Shown piece by piece: positions 32,346 through 42,470 of a stretch of 64,000 nucleotides of DNA (positions are counted from its first letter, which is position 1; the number at the start of each line of letters is the position of its first letter). Both the position numbers and the translations under genes were made by a program. The DNA is from Longimicrobiales bacterium (GTDB lineage Bacteria; Gemmatimonadota; Gemmatimonadetes; Longimicrobiales; Gaopeijiaceae): the NCBI GenBank assembly GCA_965197725.1, contig CBDANQ010000053.1, positions 19,289-83,288 of the forward strand, written 5' to 3'. The notes below the pieces were generated by a model. That model was not told where the DNA came from, searched no databases, and saw only the letters and a list, made by a program, of their open reading frames with translations.

Positions 32346-32435
32346 CTCAAGGCGGGCGAGCGAGGCATACTCATGTACGCCGCAGCCGAGCGAGACCGCG
32401 GTCCCAACGCAGAGATGTGCCAAAGCTCGCAGCCA

Positions 32436-32480
32436 GAAAAGCGAAAGGGCCCGAACCGTAGTCGCCTACGATCGGGCCCT
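32436..32480 (-). terminator. Intrinsic terminator
   Basis: AGGGCCCGATCGTAG-GCGA-CTACGGTTCGGGCCCT followed by TTCGCTTTTC. Confidence 0.75.
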
Positions 32481-32812
32481 CTCTACTCGGGGGTCTTCCG
32501 GCCGCGTCACGCTGCGCCTTCAAGTCCCCACTGCGCTGTCGGATCCTGGCCTCGCTTGGGTCCGCCCTCGTGCAGGCGGCCAGGCCTCTCTCCATTCACC
32601 CCCGTATTGTCGCGCGGTCCGCGACCGAGAGCACCCCTTCGCTTTCGGGGCTTCTAGTGAGGGTCAGCGAACTCCCCCACCAGGCTCCCCAGAAATCCCA
32701 AGTTCCGGTTCGCCTCGCCACCGCTGCGCCGTCGCGCCCGGCAACTCACTCTTCAGATTTATCTGAGGGATGACCAACGCCATCGTCTTTCGATGAGCCG
32801 CATCTGAATCGC
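32436..32812 (-). ncRNA. Candidate structured ncRNA (~375 nt), family not recognised
   Basis: Bounded by a promoter and a terminator; several hairpins; no convincing ORF. Confidence 0.5.
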
Positions 32813-32818
32813 GAAGGA

Positions 32819-32847
32819 TCAATACCGGTTCGCGGGCACGATGGCAA
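32819..32847 (-). promoter_or_regulatory. Sigma-70-like promoter
   Basis: TTGCCA-N17-TATTGA with an AT-rich upstream region. Confidence 0.6.
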
Positions 32848-33078
32848 GGGTTCGGCGGAGAAACACTTGTGGTTCTATATACGACGACCTAAACCCATGT
32901 TACTTAACATGTTATATGCTGCGCCAAATGTTTTTTCGAGGTTTGTTCGGGCTGTACTGTAAACATATGGATTAGGGAACATTCGTCCGAAACAAACGGG
33001 TTCTTGCCTATCCGGAACTTGAAATTCACGTAAGAAAAGTCGGTCGCGAGAGCGATCAGAAGGGGCGATCTTTGTTGT

Positions 33079-33744
33079 CTATGCTACACGAATATCGCAT
33101 GAAAAGACGTCGGCGAAGCGCTCGACGAGGGATTCCGACGCTTCCGAGACGCTCACTGGCCGACCTAGCTCGCGCTGGAGCGATGTCACGTCCCCATCCG
33201 AGATGCCACAGGGCACGATCGTGCCGAAATAGTCGAGGTCAGTCGACACGTTGAGCGCTACGCCATGAGACGTGATCCACCCCGAAGAGACTCTGACACC
33301 GATCGCGGCGAGCTTGCCCATCTCGGTCCACACACCGGTGAGACCTTCGCTTCGCTCGGCGTGGACGTCGAATGACGCCGCCACTCCGATCAACACGGTC
33401 TCCAGGTCTCTCAGGTAGCGGTGCAAGTCCTCGCGGTCTGGCTGGAGGTCCAGAATCGGGTATGCGACGAGCTGGCCGGGTCCGTGATAGGTGACGTCAC
33501 CGCCCCGTCCCGACTTGAAGAGCTCGATGCCCAGGCGATCCCGCTCGACCTGGTCCGCAAGGACATGAGCCGCATCAGAGCTCGAACCGAGCGTAACGAC
33601 GTGCGGGTGTTCCAGAAGTAGAAGCGTGTCGGGGATGTCGGCGGCCCGCCGCTTGGTCACCAACTCGGCCTGTAGCTCGAGTCCTTCAGCATACGGGACG
33701 ACTCCCAGTTCTCGGAGCTCCAGGGTCCTACGCAGTTTGCTCAT
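33079..33744 (-). CDS. lipB: Lipoyl(octanoyl) transferase
   Basis: LLEHPHV, RGGDVTYHGPGQL, IVPCGI. Confidence 0.95.
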   Translation of the reverse strand: MSKLRRTLELRELGVVPYAEGLELQAELVTKRRAADIPDTLLLLEHPHVVTLGSSSDAAHVLADQVERDRLGIELFKSGRGGDVTYHGPGQLVAYPILDLQPDREDLHRYLRDLETVLIGVAASFDVHAERSEGLTGVWTEMGKLAAIGVRVSSGWITSHGVALNVSTDLDYFGTIVPCGISDGDVTSLQRELGRPVSVSEASESLVERFADVFSCDIRVA

Positions 33745-33753
33745 GCTCGGCGA

Positions 33754-35175
33754 TCATGCGTCCTCAGGGAAGCTCTCGAGCATCTCCTTGAGGGCGGAGA
33801 GGAAGCGCGCGGAGTCCGCGCCGTCCACGATGCGATGATCGTACGCCAGTGAGAAGAGTGACCGCTTCCGGATCGCAATTACATCGGCCCCTGTCTCCGA
33901 GTCCGAGACCACCACGACACGTTTTTCGATTGCGCCCGTGCCAAGGATGGCCGATGTCCCCTTCGGGATGATCGGGAGTCCCACCAGTGTACCCAGCACC
34001 CCGGGGTTGGTCATGGTGAACGTCGCACCCTGAATCTCGGCCGGCATGAGCTTTCGCTCGCGCGCTCGAGTCGCCACGTCGACGATCTTGTTGCCGATCC
34101 CGAGGAGCCCCAGGTGGTCGGCGTCGTGCAGCACCGGAACGATCAAGCCCGGGTTGAGGTCGACCGCCATCCCTAGGTTCACGTTGCCTCGGGAGATCAC
34201 GTTGTTTCCCGAGACCGCGGAGTTGACCATCGGAAACTCACGCAGCACGCGAGATACCGCCCAGGCCACGAAGGCCGTGTAGCTGACGCGCGCGCCCTGT
34301 GCGACCCAGCCCGCCTTGTTCTCGGACCGGATACGGTCGACCGCCGAGAAATCGACTTCGATGAACGAGTGAACGTGCGGCGCAATCCGCTTGGCCAGGA
34401 CCATGTGCGCGGCGGTGAGACGACGGATCTTGTCCATCGGCTCTACCTGGTCGGCCGGGCGGACCGTGTATTCGGGATGCTGAACTTCGCCGTAGAACGC
34501 GGTCCACAGATCGGAAGGAGCCGCTGCGGCAGCAGGAGCCGAGGCTGAAACGGCCGGCAGCGCGGCGGCGGCAGAAGCCGCGGGAGCGGGAGCCGCAGGA
34601 GCAGCGGGCTGGGCCGGAACCACCCCGGCACTCGATTCGATGAAGCTCAGGATGTCCCGCTTCGTCACGCGACCGGCATGCCCGGTCCCCGGTACACTCG
34701 CGATATCGACACCCTGTTCGTCCGCGATCTTCCTGACGACTGGGGTAGAGCGTGTACGCAACCGGTACTCGGCGCTCTCCTCGCCACCCGGCGGAGCCGC
34801 ACCAGAGGTAGCGGTCGGCGGTGCTCGTGCGGGTGCTTCCGCAGCGGGCGCCGTCGCTGCTGGTGCGTTCGCGGCGGGCGTCGTCGCTGCTGGCGCAGCC
34901 ACCGCAGCCTGTGCCGTGGCGGCCGGCGCGGCGCCGTTGGAATCGATGAACGCCACGACCGTGCCGACCTCGACGGTCTCGCCCTCTTCGACCGTGATCT
35001 CCACCAACGTCCCCGACGCGGGCGCCGGGATCTCCGCGTCGACCTTGTCGGTCGAAATCTCCAGGATGGGCTCATCGCGCTCGACGGCATCCCCGAGCTG
35101 CTTGAGCCACTTCGAGACGGTGCCCTCAACAATCGACTCCCCCATCGGGGGCATCGGGACTTCGATGCGAGCCAC
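33754..35175 (-). CDS. 2-oxoacid dehydrogenase E2 (dihydrolipoamide acyltransferase)
   Basis: Lipoyl motif ISTDKV, E3-binding domain, YDHRIVDG. Confidence 0.94.
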   Translation of the reverse strand: MARIEVPMPPMGESIVEGTVSKWLKQLGDAVERDEPILEISTDKVDAEIPAPASGTLVEITVEEGETVEVGTVVAFIDSNGAAPAATAQAAVAAPAATTPAANAPAATAPAAEAPARAPPTATSGAAPPGGEESAEYRLRTRSTPVVRKIADEQGVDIASVPGTGHAGRVTKRDILSFIESSAGVVPAQPAAPAAPAPAASAAAALPAVSASAPAAAAAPSDLWTAFYGEVQHPEYTVRPADQVEPMDKIRRLTAAHMVLAKRIAPHVHSFIEVDFSAVDRIRSENKAGWVAQGARVSYTAFVAWAVSRVLREFPMVNSAVSGNNVISRGNVNLGMAVDLNPGLIVPVLHDADHLGLLGIGNKIVDVATRARERKLMPAEIQGATFTMTNPGVLGTLVGLPIIPKGTSAILGTGAIEKRVVVVSDSETGADVIAIRKRSLFSLAYDHRIVDGADSARFLSALKEMLESFPEDA

Positions 35176-35263
35176 GCTCGATCACTCCGCTCTGTCGGAT
35201 CTGGGTAGCGACGCGTCGCTTACCCTCGGCGATGCCCTTCGGTCCTTTGTGCTTCTTCGAAAA

Positions 35264-35700
35264 TCAATAGGCGGCGAGATAGCGTGCCGCCTTTATTACA
35301 TCGTCCGTTTGAGGGAGGTAGTAGTCCTCCAGCGAGCCCGAATACGGGACGGGCGCATCGATGGCCGTCACCCGCAGAATCGGGCCCTCTAGCCACTCGA
35401 ACGCCCTCTCACTGACCCGGATTGCGATCTCGCTTGCGATGCTTCCGGTCCGTGTGTCCTCGTGCACGACGAGCAGCCTGCCCGTTCGCTTCACGCTTTC
35501 AACGATCGCGTCTTCGTCGAGCGGGAGCAGCGTCCGCAGGTCGATGACCTCGACGCTGACCCCGTCGCCCTCGAGGGTCCGCGCGGCCTCAACCGATTTG
35601 TGAACCATCGCTCCGTAGGTGACGATCGTGAGGTCCTCGCCCTCCACCCTCCAGTACCGTGCGGGCCTCACCGAGCGGGACGATGTAGTCCTTCACCGGA
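35264..35700 (-). pseudogene. 2-oxoacid dehydrogenase E1-beta, C-terminal fragment
   Basis: DYIVPLGEARTVLEG / EGEDLTIVTYG..EVIDLRTLLPLD; 7-bp duplication frameshift at 35640-35653; N-terminus missing. Confidence 0.85.
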
Positions 35701-35779
35701 AGATCTCGCGCACGCAGGAGCCGCAGCCCCGGAGAAAGGTTGTCAGCCACGGCTCATCGAGTCAGGCGCTCGGAAGGGG

Positions 35780-36148
35780 TCAGTTCCCCGAGTTGCCTGG
35801 ATCTGGGGCGTCCGTGTTTCCCGTGCCCTGCGCGGGCTGATCCCCGAGGCCGGGCAGAACCGGTGCGGGCGCGGTCACTGGAGCCTGGACCTGGATGACG
35901 GACGAAGGCTGCCGGGCACGCGAGGACATGATGGAAAGAACCAGCGCCAGCACCATGAAGATGGTGCCGGAAGTCCACGTGGCACGCGTCAGCACCGTGG
36001 TGGCCTGGCGGCCGCCGAGGATGCCTTCGGTCATGGCGGCTCCCCCGCCTACGGCCGCGAGCCCTCCACCTTTCCCGGACTGGAGAAGGATGATGACCGT
36101 CATGAATATACCGTCCAATACTAGGACGGCGAGCAAGAATCCGTACAT
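35780..36148 (-). CDS. secG: Preprotein translocase subunit SecG
   Basis: ILLQSGKGGGL..LTRATW; follows tpiA. Confidence 0.94.
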   Translation of the reverse strand: MYGFLLAVLVLDGIFMTVIILLQSGKGGGLAAVGGGAAMTEGILGGRQATTVLTRATWTSGTIFMVLALVLSIMSSRARQPSSVIQVQAPVTAPAPVLPGLGDQPAQGTGNTDAPDPGNSGN

Positions 36149-36222
36149 CTCTGCTGTGAATCCCTTCTGCTGTGAATCCCTTCAAAGTGAGGCGTTAAAC
36201 GTCGATGAGGTCCAAGTGGGTG

Positions 36223-36990
36223 TCAACGCCCCTTCTCGCCCCCTGCCGCGGCGATCTCGGCGAAGGAATGGGGATCCAGGCTGGCGCCGCCGACCAACAC
36301 GCCGTCTACGTTCGCGGCACCGAGCAGGTCGGCGGCGTTGGCCGGCTTTACAGAGCCTCCGTACAGGATTGGCGTGCGCACGGCGGCCGCGAGGCCCAGA
36401 GTAGCCTCGAGCCGAGTGCGAAGCGTCCCGTGGGCATTTGCCGCGTCGTCCGGGGTCGCGGTTTCCCCGGTGCCGATGGCCCAGACCGGTTCGTACGCGA
36501 TCAAGAACCGTCGGAGGTCACCCTCGAGCGCCTCCAGCGCCTCCAGCGCCGCATCCAACTGCGCGAGGATGACCTCATCGACCCGACCGTCCTGTCGCTC
36601 CGCGAGGGTCTCTCCCACGCAAACCACCGGCACCAGGCCATGCCGACAGCCGGCCGTGATCTTCAAGGCCACCTCTTCGTTGGTCTCGCCGAAGACGTGC
36701 CGTCGCTCCGAGTGGCCGACGAGCACATGGCTGGCTCCGGCTTCGGCCGCCATGGCGGCGGAGGTCTCACCGGTGAACGCGCCCCCATCCTGCCAATGGA
36801 TGTTCTGTGCGCCCAGCTGAATCCTGGGATCGCGCTCGAGGCACGCCGCGGCGACCCCCAAGGAGACCACGGGAGGGAAGATCAGCAGCTCGTTCTTCCC
36901 CGCGCGTTCCTCCAGGGTGAGCCCGGCAAAAAAGGCCCGGGTCTCGGCGGCACCCATGTGCATCTTCCAGTTGCCCGCGATCACAGCCAT
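36223..36990 (-). CDS. tpiA: Triosephosphate isomerase
   Basis: AGNWKM, GHSERR, AYEPVWAIGTG. Confidence 0.97.
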   Translation of the reverse strand: MAVIAGNWKMHMGAAETRAFFAGLTLEERAGKNELLIFPPVVSLGVAAACLERDPRIQLGAQNIHWQDGGAFTGETSAAMAAEAGASHVLVGHSERRHVFGETNEEVALKITAGCRHGLVPVVCVGETLAERQDGRVDEVILAQLDAALEALEALEGDLRRFLIAYEPVWAIGTGETATPDDAANAHGTLRTRLEATLGLAAAVRTPILYGGSVKPANAADLLGAANVDGVLVGGASLDPHSFAEIAAAGGEKGR

Positions 36991-36995
36991 CCGGC

Positions 36996-38210
36996 CTACT
37001 CCCTATCGCTCAGTGACTCGACCGCGGGCAGCGCCACCCCCGCCAGCAGCGCGAGCGAGGCGCCGCCGCCCGTTGATACGTGGCTCAGTCGCTCGACGAC
37101 ACCGGCCTGCTCTGCCGCCGCCGCCGAGTGCCCCCCTCCCAGGACGCCGAGCGCTCCCCCGTCACACGCATCGGCTACGGCGCGCACCACCTCCACCGTG
37201 CCTCCGGCGAACGCGGGGATCTCGGATACCCCCATGGGTCCGTTCCAGACGACCGTGCGGGCGCTGGAGACGATGCTCCGGTAGATGCCGCACGTCTCGG
37301 GACCGATGTCAACGATTCGGTCCGTGTCAACGACGTCGGTCCGAGCCACCACTCGCTTCGGCGCGTCGTGGGAGATCTCGTCCGCCACCACGCAGTCGAT
37401 GGGTAGCGCGAGTTTGTCCCCCGCGGCCTGGATCAACTCGGCCGCCATGTCGATGCGATCCTCTTCGACGAGTGATTCGCCTGTAGCCAACTCCATCGCC
37501 CGAAAGAACGTGTTCGCCATCGCTCCCCCGATGAGTAGCCGATCCACACGCGGCAAGAGCGCCTCAACCACGTCGATCTTCCCCGAGATCTTCGCTCCGC
37601 CCAAGATCGCGACGAAGGGTCGCTCAGGACTCTCGAGCGCATCCCGTAGGCACTCGAGCTCACGCGCCATCAGGAGCCCAGCGACCGCTTCGCCCCCCCG
37701 TTCTCTTACCGCCCCCGCCAGACCCGCTGTCGAGGCATGTTTCCGATGAGCGGTCCCGAAAGCGTCGTTCACGAACAGGTCGGTCAGTCCCGCCCAGGTG
37801 GCCGAGAGCTCCGGTTTGTTCGCGGTCTCACCCGGGTGGAAGCGGGTGTTCTCGAGCAAGGCGATTTCTCCGTCATCGAGTGCGAATACGGCATTCTCTC
37901 CGCCTCGGCCAACGGCGTCCCGTACGAAGGCCACAGGTGTCCCGAGCCGACCGCCCAGGTACTCGGCTACGGGTGCGAGCGAGAAGTCCGGATTCGGGCG
38001 TCCCTTCGGCCGACCCATGTGAGACAGGGCGACCGTGCGAGCGCCGGACTCGCGGAGCACCGTGAGCGTCGGCAGCGAAGCCTCGATGCGCTGGGCGTCC
38101 AAGACCCGGCCGGACTGCACACGCACGTTGAGATCCGTGCGGACCAGAACCGTGCGACCGCGCAGGGTCGCTCGGTCGATGTCGGCGAGGGTCTTCTTCA
38201 GTGGGCTCAG
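36996..38210 (-). CDS. pgk: Phosphoglycerate kinase
   Basis: VLVRTDLNV, SHMGRP, NDAFGTAHR, STGGGASL; probable CTG start. Confidence 0.95.
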   Translation of the reverse strand: MSPLKKTLADIDRATLRGRTVLVRTDLNVRVQSGRVLDAQRIEASLPTLTVLRESGARTVALSHMGRPKGRPNPDFSLAPVAEYLGGRLGTPVAFVRDAVGRGGENAVFALDDGEIALLENTRFHPGETANKPELSATWAGLTDLFVNDAFGTAHRKHASTAGLAGAVRERGGEAVAGLLMARELECLRDALESPERPFVAILGGAKISGKIDVVEALLPRVDRLLIGGAMANTFFRAMELATGESLVEEDRIDMAAELIQAAGDKLALPIDCVVADEISHDAPKRVVARTDVVDTDRIVDIGPETCGIYRSIVSSARTVVWNGPMGVSEIPAFAGGTVEVVRAVADACDGGALGVLGGGHSAAAAEQAGVVERLSHVSTGGGASLALLAGVALPAVESLSDRE

Positions 38211-38422
38211 TCCCAGTCCTGATCCGGGTCCTCGCGCCGATCCAGGTCGCGTTGAGCGACGATGCCGGCACCAACCTCCGGAACGTCAACGATGATCCGT
38301 AGTGTGGGCCTACCCCGGTCGACGTCATTCAGCGCGACCGTGAGGAGCTCGCTCGTGAGGCCGCCCGCGGCTGGGAACCGATCCCAGGTCGGTCGGACTA
38401 GCGGAGCCACGGCTTCTTGCAC
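38207..38422 (-). CDS. Small hypothetical protein between gap and pgk
   Basis: 71-aa ORF filling the gap; its stop overlaps the putative pgk start. Confidence 0.45.
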   Translation of the reverse strand: MQEAVAPLVRPTWDRFPAAGGLTSELLTVALNDVDRGRPTLRIIVDVPEVGAGIVAQRDLDRREDPDQDWD

Positions 38423-38430
38423 TCGCGCGC

Positions 38431-39459
38431 CTAAGCCTCGACCGGCGCCGGGAGGCGCTCCCCGACGTAGCGCACGAGGTCCACGACGCGATTCGAGTAC
38501 CCCCACTCGTTGTCGTACCAGGAGAGGACTTTCACCATCCGGCCCGCCATGACCGAGGTGGAGAGCGCGTCGACGATCGAGCTGAACGGGCTCCCCCGGT
38601 AGTCGATCGACACGAGCGGCTCGTCTGAAACGTCCAGGATGCCTTCCAGGGCACCACCAGCGGCGTCCCGAAAGGCCGCGTTGACCTCTTCCGCGGTAGT
38701 GTCCTTGTCCACCTCGACCACGACGTCGACGATGGACACGTCCGCGGTCGGCACGCGAAGAGCCATGCCGTCGATGCGACCCGCGACAGTCGGCAATACG
38801 AGCCCGGTCGCCTTCGCCGCGCCGGTGGTGGTCGGGATCATCGAGACGCCAGCAGCACGAGCGCGCCTGAGGTCGCTGTGCGGCAGGTCCAGGATACTCT
38901 GGTCGTTCGTATACGCGTGGATAGTCGTCATCAGTCCGTGACGGAATCCGAAGCTCTCTGTGAGGACCTTCACCACCGGCGCGAGACAGTTGGTCGTGCA
39001 GCTCGCGTTGGAGATTACATCGTGACTCTCGGGATCGTACTGATCGTGGTTCACGCCAAGCACGATGGTGACGTCCTCGTTCTTCCCGGGCGCGGAGATG
39101 ATCACCTTCTTCGCGCCCGCCGTGAGATGCTTGGCCGCGCCATCACGGTCCCGGAAGTGGCCCGTCGACTCGATTACGATGTCGATCCCGAGGTCCGCCC
39201 ATGGGAGCCGGGCGGGGTCGCGCTCGCTGAAAACCCTGACCTCGTCACCGTCGACGACCACGCTGCCCTCGGCGACCTCGACGGTGCCCGGGTAGTGCCC
39301 GTGCACGGAGTCGTACCTGAGCAGGTGAGCGAGCGTCGCGGCGTCGGTGAGATCGTTCACGGCGACGAAGTCGATGTCGGCGCCGCCGGCCTGCTTCGCA
39401 CTGCGAAGAACGTTGCGGCCGATGCGACCGAATCCGTTGATGGCTACCCGGATTGGCAT
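38431..39459 (-). CDS. gap: Glyceraldehyde-3-phosphate dehydrogenase type I
   Basis: [27 protein letters not shown]. Confidence 0.97.
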   Translation of the reverse strand: MPIRVAINGFGRIGRNVLRSAKQAGGADIDFVAVNDLTDAATLAHLLRYDSVHGHYPGTVEVAEGSVVVDGDEVRVFSERDPARLPWADLGIDIVIESTGHFRDRDGAAKHLTAGAKKVIISAPGKNEDVTIVLGVNHDQYDPESHDVISNASCTTNCLAPVVKVLTESFGFRHGLMTTIHAYTNDQSILDLPHSDLRRARAAGVSMIPTTTGAAKATGLVLPTVAGRIDGMALRVPTADVSIVDVVVEVDKDTTAEEVNAAFRDAAGGALEGILDVSDEPLVSIDYRGSPFSSIVDALSTSVMAGRMVKVLSWYDNEWGYSNRVVDLVRYVGERLPAPVEA

Positions 39460-39520
39460 GAGCGTGGGCTCCTACTGGTCGAGTGCTGAGGCAGTCTACA
39501 AGGTAACCCCCATGTGGCCG

Positions 39521-40269
39521 TCATGTGGCTGTGAGCGGGTCGTGGGGCAGCGCCCTCGCGTAGGCGATCAGAGTGACGCGCGCGGCCCCTGCCGCGATCA
39601 ATGTCTCGGCGGCTTCGCAGGCGGTCGCTCCCGTCGTGAGCACGTCGTCGATCAGGAGGACGTGGGCGCCCTCCAGCACCGCTCGGACCCCGGCGGCCAG
39701 GGAGAACGCGCCTGCCACGTTCGCGCGCCGCTCCGCGGGGCGCAACGACGTCTGAGAGGCACTCGCCCCAGTGCGTACCAGCAGCTCGTCCAGCGCCAGC
39801 GAACGGTTGCTGGCGTAGCATTCGGCGAGCAAGCCCGCCTGGTTGTAGCCACGCGCTCGCAGGCGCAGCCTGGTCGTGGGGACCGGCGCTACGAGCGCTC
39901 ACCCCCCCTCGCTTGGGAGCGAGAGGGGCGTCATCGCCGAAGCCATGACCGGGGCTAATTCCGGCCATCCCTCGTACTTGAGCGCGTGCACGAGGTCATC
40001 GGCGGGCGGCGCGAGCACGTAGGCATAGCGCGCCGTGGAGAGCGCGGCCGACCAGTCCCGGCAGCCGCGGCACTGCAGATCGCTCGTCCGTCCCGTGCCG
40101 CTGGGAAAGTGGCACCGCCCGCAGCGGGGCCACGGCGCCACCTTGAGTCGGGTCCGACATCGGGCGCACACGAGCCCGCCGCGCCGCCTGGCACCCAGAT
40201 TCCACAGGATATGCAGCCGGCCGGCAGCAACAGATCGGTGAAGTCCGCGGCCCATGATGCCGCGTTCAC
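39521..40269 (-). pseudogene. comF: ComF-family protein with a frameshift and an internal stop
   Basis: CxxC ribbons, LKYEG, RGYNQA, LIDDVLTTGAT; frameshift near 40183, in-frame TGA at 39899-39901. Confidence 0.85.
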
Positions 40270-41105
40270 CCAGGTTGGCTCCCCTTCATCGCAGCGCGCA
40301 TCACTTCCACTGGAGCGGGCTTGCCCCACCATCGCTCGAACGAGGCAGCCGCCTGTTGCACGAGCATCTCCGCGCCGTCGGTCGCCCGGATTCCGAGCGC
40401 TTCGGCCGCGCGAACGAAGGGAGTCGGCTTGCTGCCATACACGAGGTCCATCGCCGCACCGACTCGGTTGAGCATCTCGAAGTCCAGCGGTGTGGGATCG
40501 GATTCTCTGAGGCCCAACCGGGTAGCGTTCACAACCAGATCGAAGCTTTCGCTTCGCAATCCCTCGAGGAGCGGTGAGACTCGCGTTTTCTGTCCCCCGA
40601 TTCGACGCGCAACCGCGCGGGCACGTTCGGCCGTGCGATTGAAGATGAGCACTTCGCCGGCGTCCTCCTCGAGCAAGCCCATTAAGGCTGCGCGGGCGGC
40701 ACCGCCGGCACCGAGCAACAGGACGCGGATCCCCGCCGGGGAGCCCTCGACGAAGCTCTTGAGCGCGCGCCGAAAACCGTCCACGTCGGTGTTGTCGCCG
40801 TGGACCCGCCCGTCGTCGTCGCCCCAGAACGTGTTGCAGGCCCCGGTTCGACGCACCGCGGGGCTCGCGACGTCCACGACCGAGGCGGCCTTCTCCTTGT
40901 GCGGGAGCGTGATATTTCCGCCACCGCCTGCTCGGGACAGGCCCCGCATGAAGCCGTGAAGGTCGTCCGCGGCGCAGCGAACGGCCACGAAGATCCCGTC
41001 CACACCGGCTGCCGAAAACGCCGCGTTCAGGATCGTCGGAGACATGGAGTGCCCGACGGGGTCGCCCAACAGGGCCAGCGCGCGAGTCGATGCCGTGACG
41101 CTCAT
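40266..41105 (-). CDS. aroE: Shikimate dehydrogenase
   Basis: HSMSP, NITLPHK, NTDVDG, GAGGAA. Confidence 0.94.
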   Translation of the reverse strand: MSVTASTRALALLGDPVGHSMSPTILNAAFSAAGVDGIFVAVRCAADDLHGFMRGLSRAGGGGNITLPHKEKAASVVDVASPAVRRTGACNTFWGDDDGRVHGDNTDVDGFRRALKSFVEGSPAGIRVLLLGAGGAARAALMGLLEEDAGEVLIFNRTAERARAVARRIGGQKTRVSPLLEGLRSESFDLVVNATRLGLRESDPTPLDFEMLNRVGAAMDLVYGSKPTPFVRAAEALGIRATDGAEMLVQQAAASFERWWGKPAPVEVMRAAMKGSQPG

Positions 41106-41599
41106 TTCTCGACCACCGGATCGAGGCGCCGGAAGGCTCTAGCAATCAGCCGTTCGAGGAACTCAAAGATCTCGAGGTAGCGCTCGTCCGGACCCCCGAT
41201 GGGGTCGGGGACCGATGCCGTGCCGTCCTCTTCTCGACCCTCGGCGAACGACGTGATCAGCGCCGCGTTCTCGCCTCGACCGAGCTCCACGATCCTCACG
41301 AGGTGGCTCGGTGACATCACCAAGATGAGGTCGGCCCACTCGGTTAGCTCGGGGGTGAGCAGCGTCGCACTGTGCTCGGAAAGGTCTAGACCGTTCCCGG
41401 CTGCCGCGCGAAGCGCTCCACCGGAGGCGCGATCTCCGTCGAAAGCGGCAACGCCCGCCGAGCGCACCTCGAAGCCCTGCCAGCCCAACTCGGCGACCGC
41501 GCGTCGCGCGATGACTGCTGCCATCGGGCTCCGACAAGTATTGCCGGTGCACACGAACAGGAGGCGGAACCCGCCCTCCATGCTAGGAACGGTTTCCAT
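41102..41599 (-). CDS. Low-molecular-weight protein (Arg/Tyr) phosphatase
   Basis: FVCTGNTCRS, VPDPIGG. Confidence 0.93.
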   Translation of the reverse strand: METVPSMEGGFRLLFVCTGNTCRSPMAAVIARRAVAELGWQGFEVRSAGVAAFDGDRASGGALRAAAGNGLDLSEHSATLLTPELTEWADLILVMSPSHLVRIVELGRGENAALITSFAEGREEDGTASVPDPIGGPDERYLEIFEFLERLIARAFRRLDPVVEK

Positions 41600-41611
41600 G
41601 AATCTCCGGTA

Positions 41612-42316
41612 TCACGGAATCTCCGGTATCACGCAGCGAAGCCTGCCCACCGAAACGGTACCCTCCCGCAGCACGGTGGGCGTGCCGCTCGTACAGTCGA
41701 TGATCGTGGAGGGGCCGGATTCCGGAAGTGTGCCCCCATCCAGGAGCCAAACGTCGCTTCGCCCGAGTCGTTCGATCACCGCAGCCGCCTCGGTCCCCGA
41801 CCGGGCAGGCTCCCGATCCGGTTCGTTTAGGCTTGTCGACGTGAGCGGGACCCCCAGTCGCTCGAGGAGTCGTCCCACGATCGGCTGCGGGCTCACCCGC
41901 ACCGCGACCGTGCCGTCCACGCTGCGCACACCCGAAAGGAAGATACCGTGGGGGTCCCCCAGTACCAGGGTCACCGCCCCGGGCCAGAAGATCGACGCGA
42001 GCTTCTTCGCTTCGTCGGTCCACGCCAGCGCTTCCACCGAGGCCGCCGACGGTACGAGGGCAATCAAAGGCTTGTCGCGCCCGCGACGCTTGAGCTCGTA
42101 CACCCTGCGGATGCCCGAGAGCGTGCCCAGGGAACCGAAGCCGTACACGGTCTCGGTCGGATAGGCGATCACGCCGTCGCGCTCCAGGTGCGCGACAACC
42201 TTCGCGAGATCGGCTTCTGGATCTTCGCGCAGGTCGGTGCGACGCTCGAGAAGGGTGATCGGAAAGGGGGGCGGGCCACCACCCGCTTTGCGTCGGTGCC
42301 CGCGCGGTTGATCCAT
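41612..42316 (-). CDS. tsaC: L-threonylcarbamoyladenylate synthase
   Basis: YPTETVYG, LKRR..KPL, FWPG, STSLN. Confidence 0.92.
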   Translation of the reverse strand: MDQPRGHRRKAGGGPPPFPITLLERRTDLREDPEADLAKVVAHLERDGVIAYPTETVYGFGSLGTLSGIRRVYELKRRGRDKPLIALVPSAASVEALAWTDEAKKLASIFWPGAVTLVLGDPHGIFLSGVRSVDGTVAVRVSPQPIVGRLLERLGVPLTSTSLNEPDREPARSGTEAAAVIERLGRSDVWLLDGGTLPESGPSTIIDCTSGTPTVLREGTVSVGRLRCVIPEIP

Positions 42317-42350
42317 CGTCTCTCCTCGTCGGACCACCGCCTTCGGCGGC

Positions 42351-42445
42351 GGTGCCCGCTAAGCTACGACTCCTCGTCGTTCCTTGCCTGAACGCGCGCA
42401 AGCGCGGGGCACCCACGCCGTCCAGGCGTGGGTCGCGCGGCCCAC
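42351..42445. repeat. 95-bp palindromic intergenic repeat, copy 1
   Basis: 3 mismatches versus 50334-50428. Confidence 0.92.
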
Positions 42446-42470
42446 CCCCCTTTCCGATCCCCCTTCTAGG

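Noticed and set aside
32436..32812. RNase P RNA, tmRNA or 6S RNA
   Set aside because: Lacks GAGGAAAGTCC, tRNA-like ends with a tag ORF, and a long rod-like duplex.
32880..32930. dif site or oriC in the AT-rich tract
   Set aside because: Only a partial XerD-like half-site, no XerC arm and no DnaA boxes.
39899..39901. Selenocysteine at the comF in-frame TGA
   Set aside because: Falls in a variable linker rather than a Cys position, and the gene also carries a frameshift.
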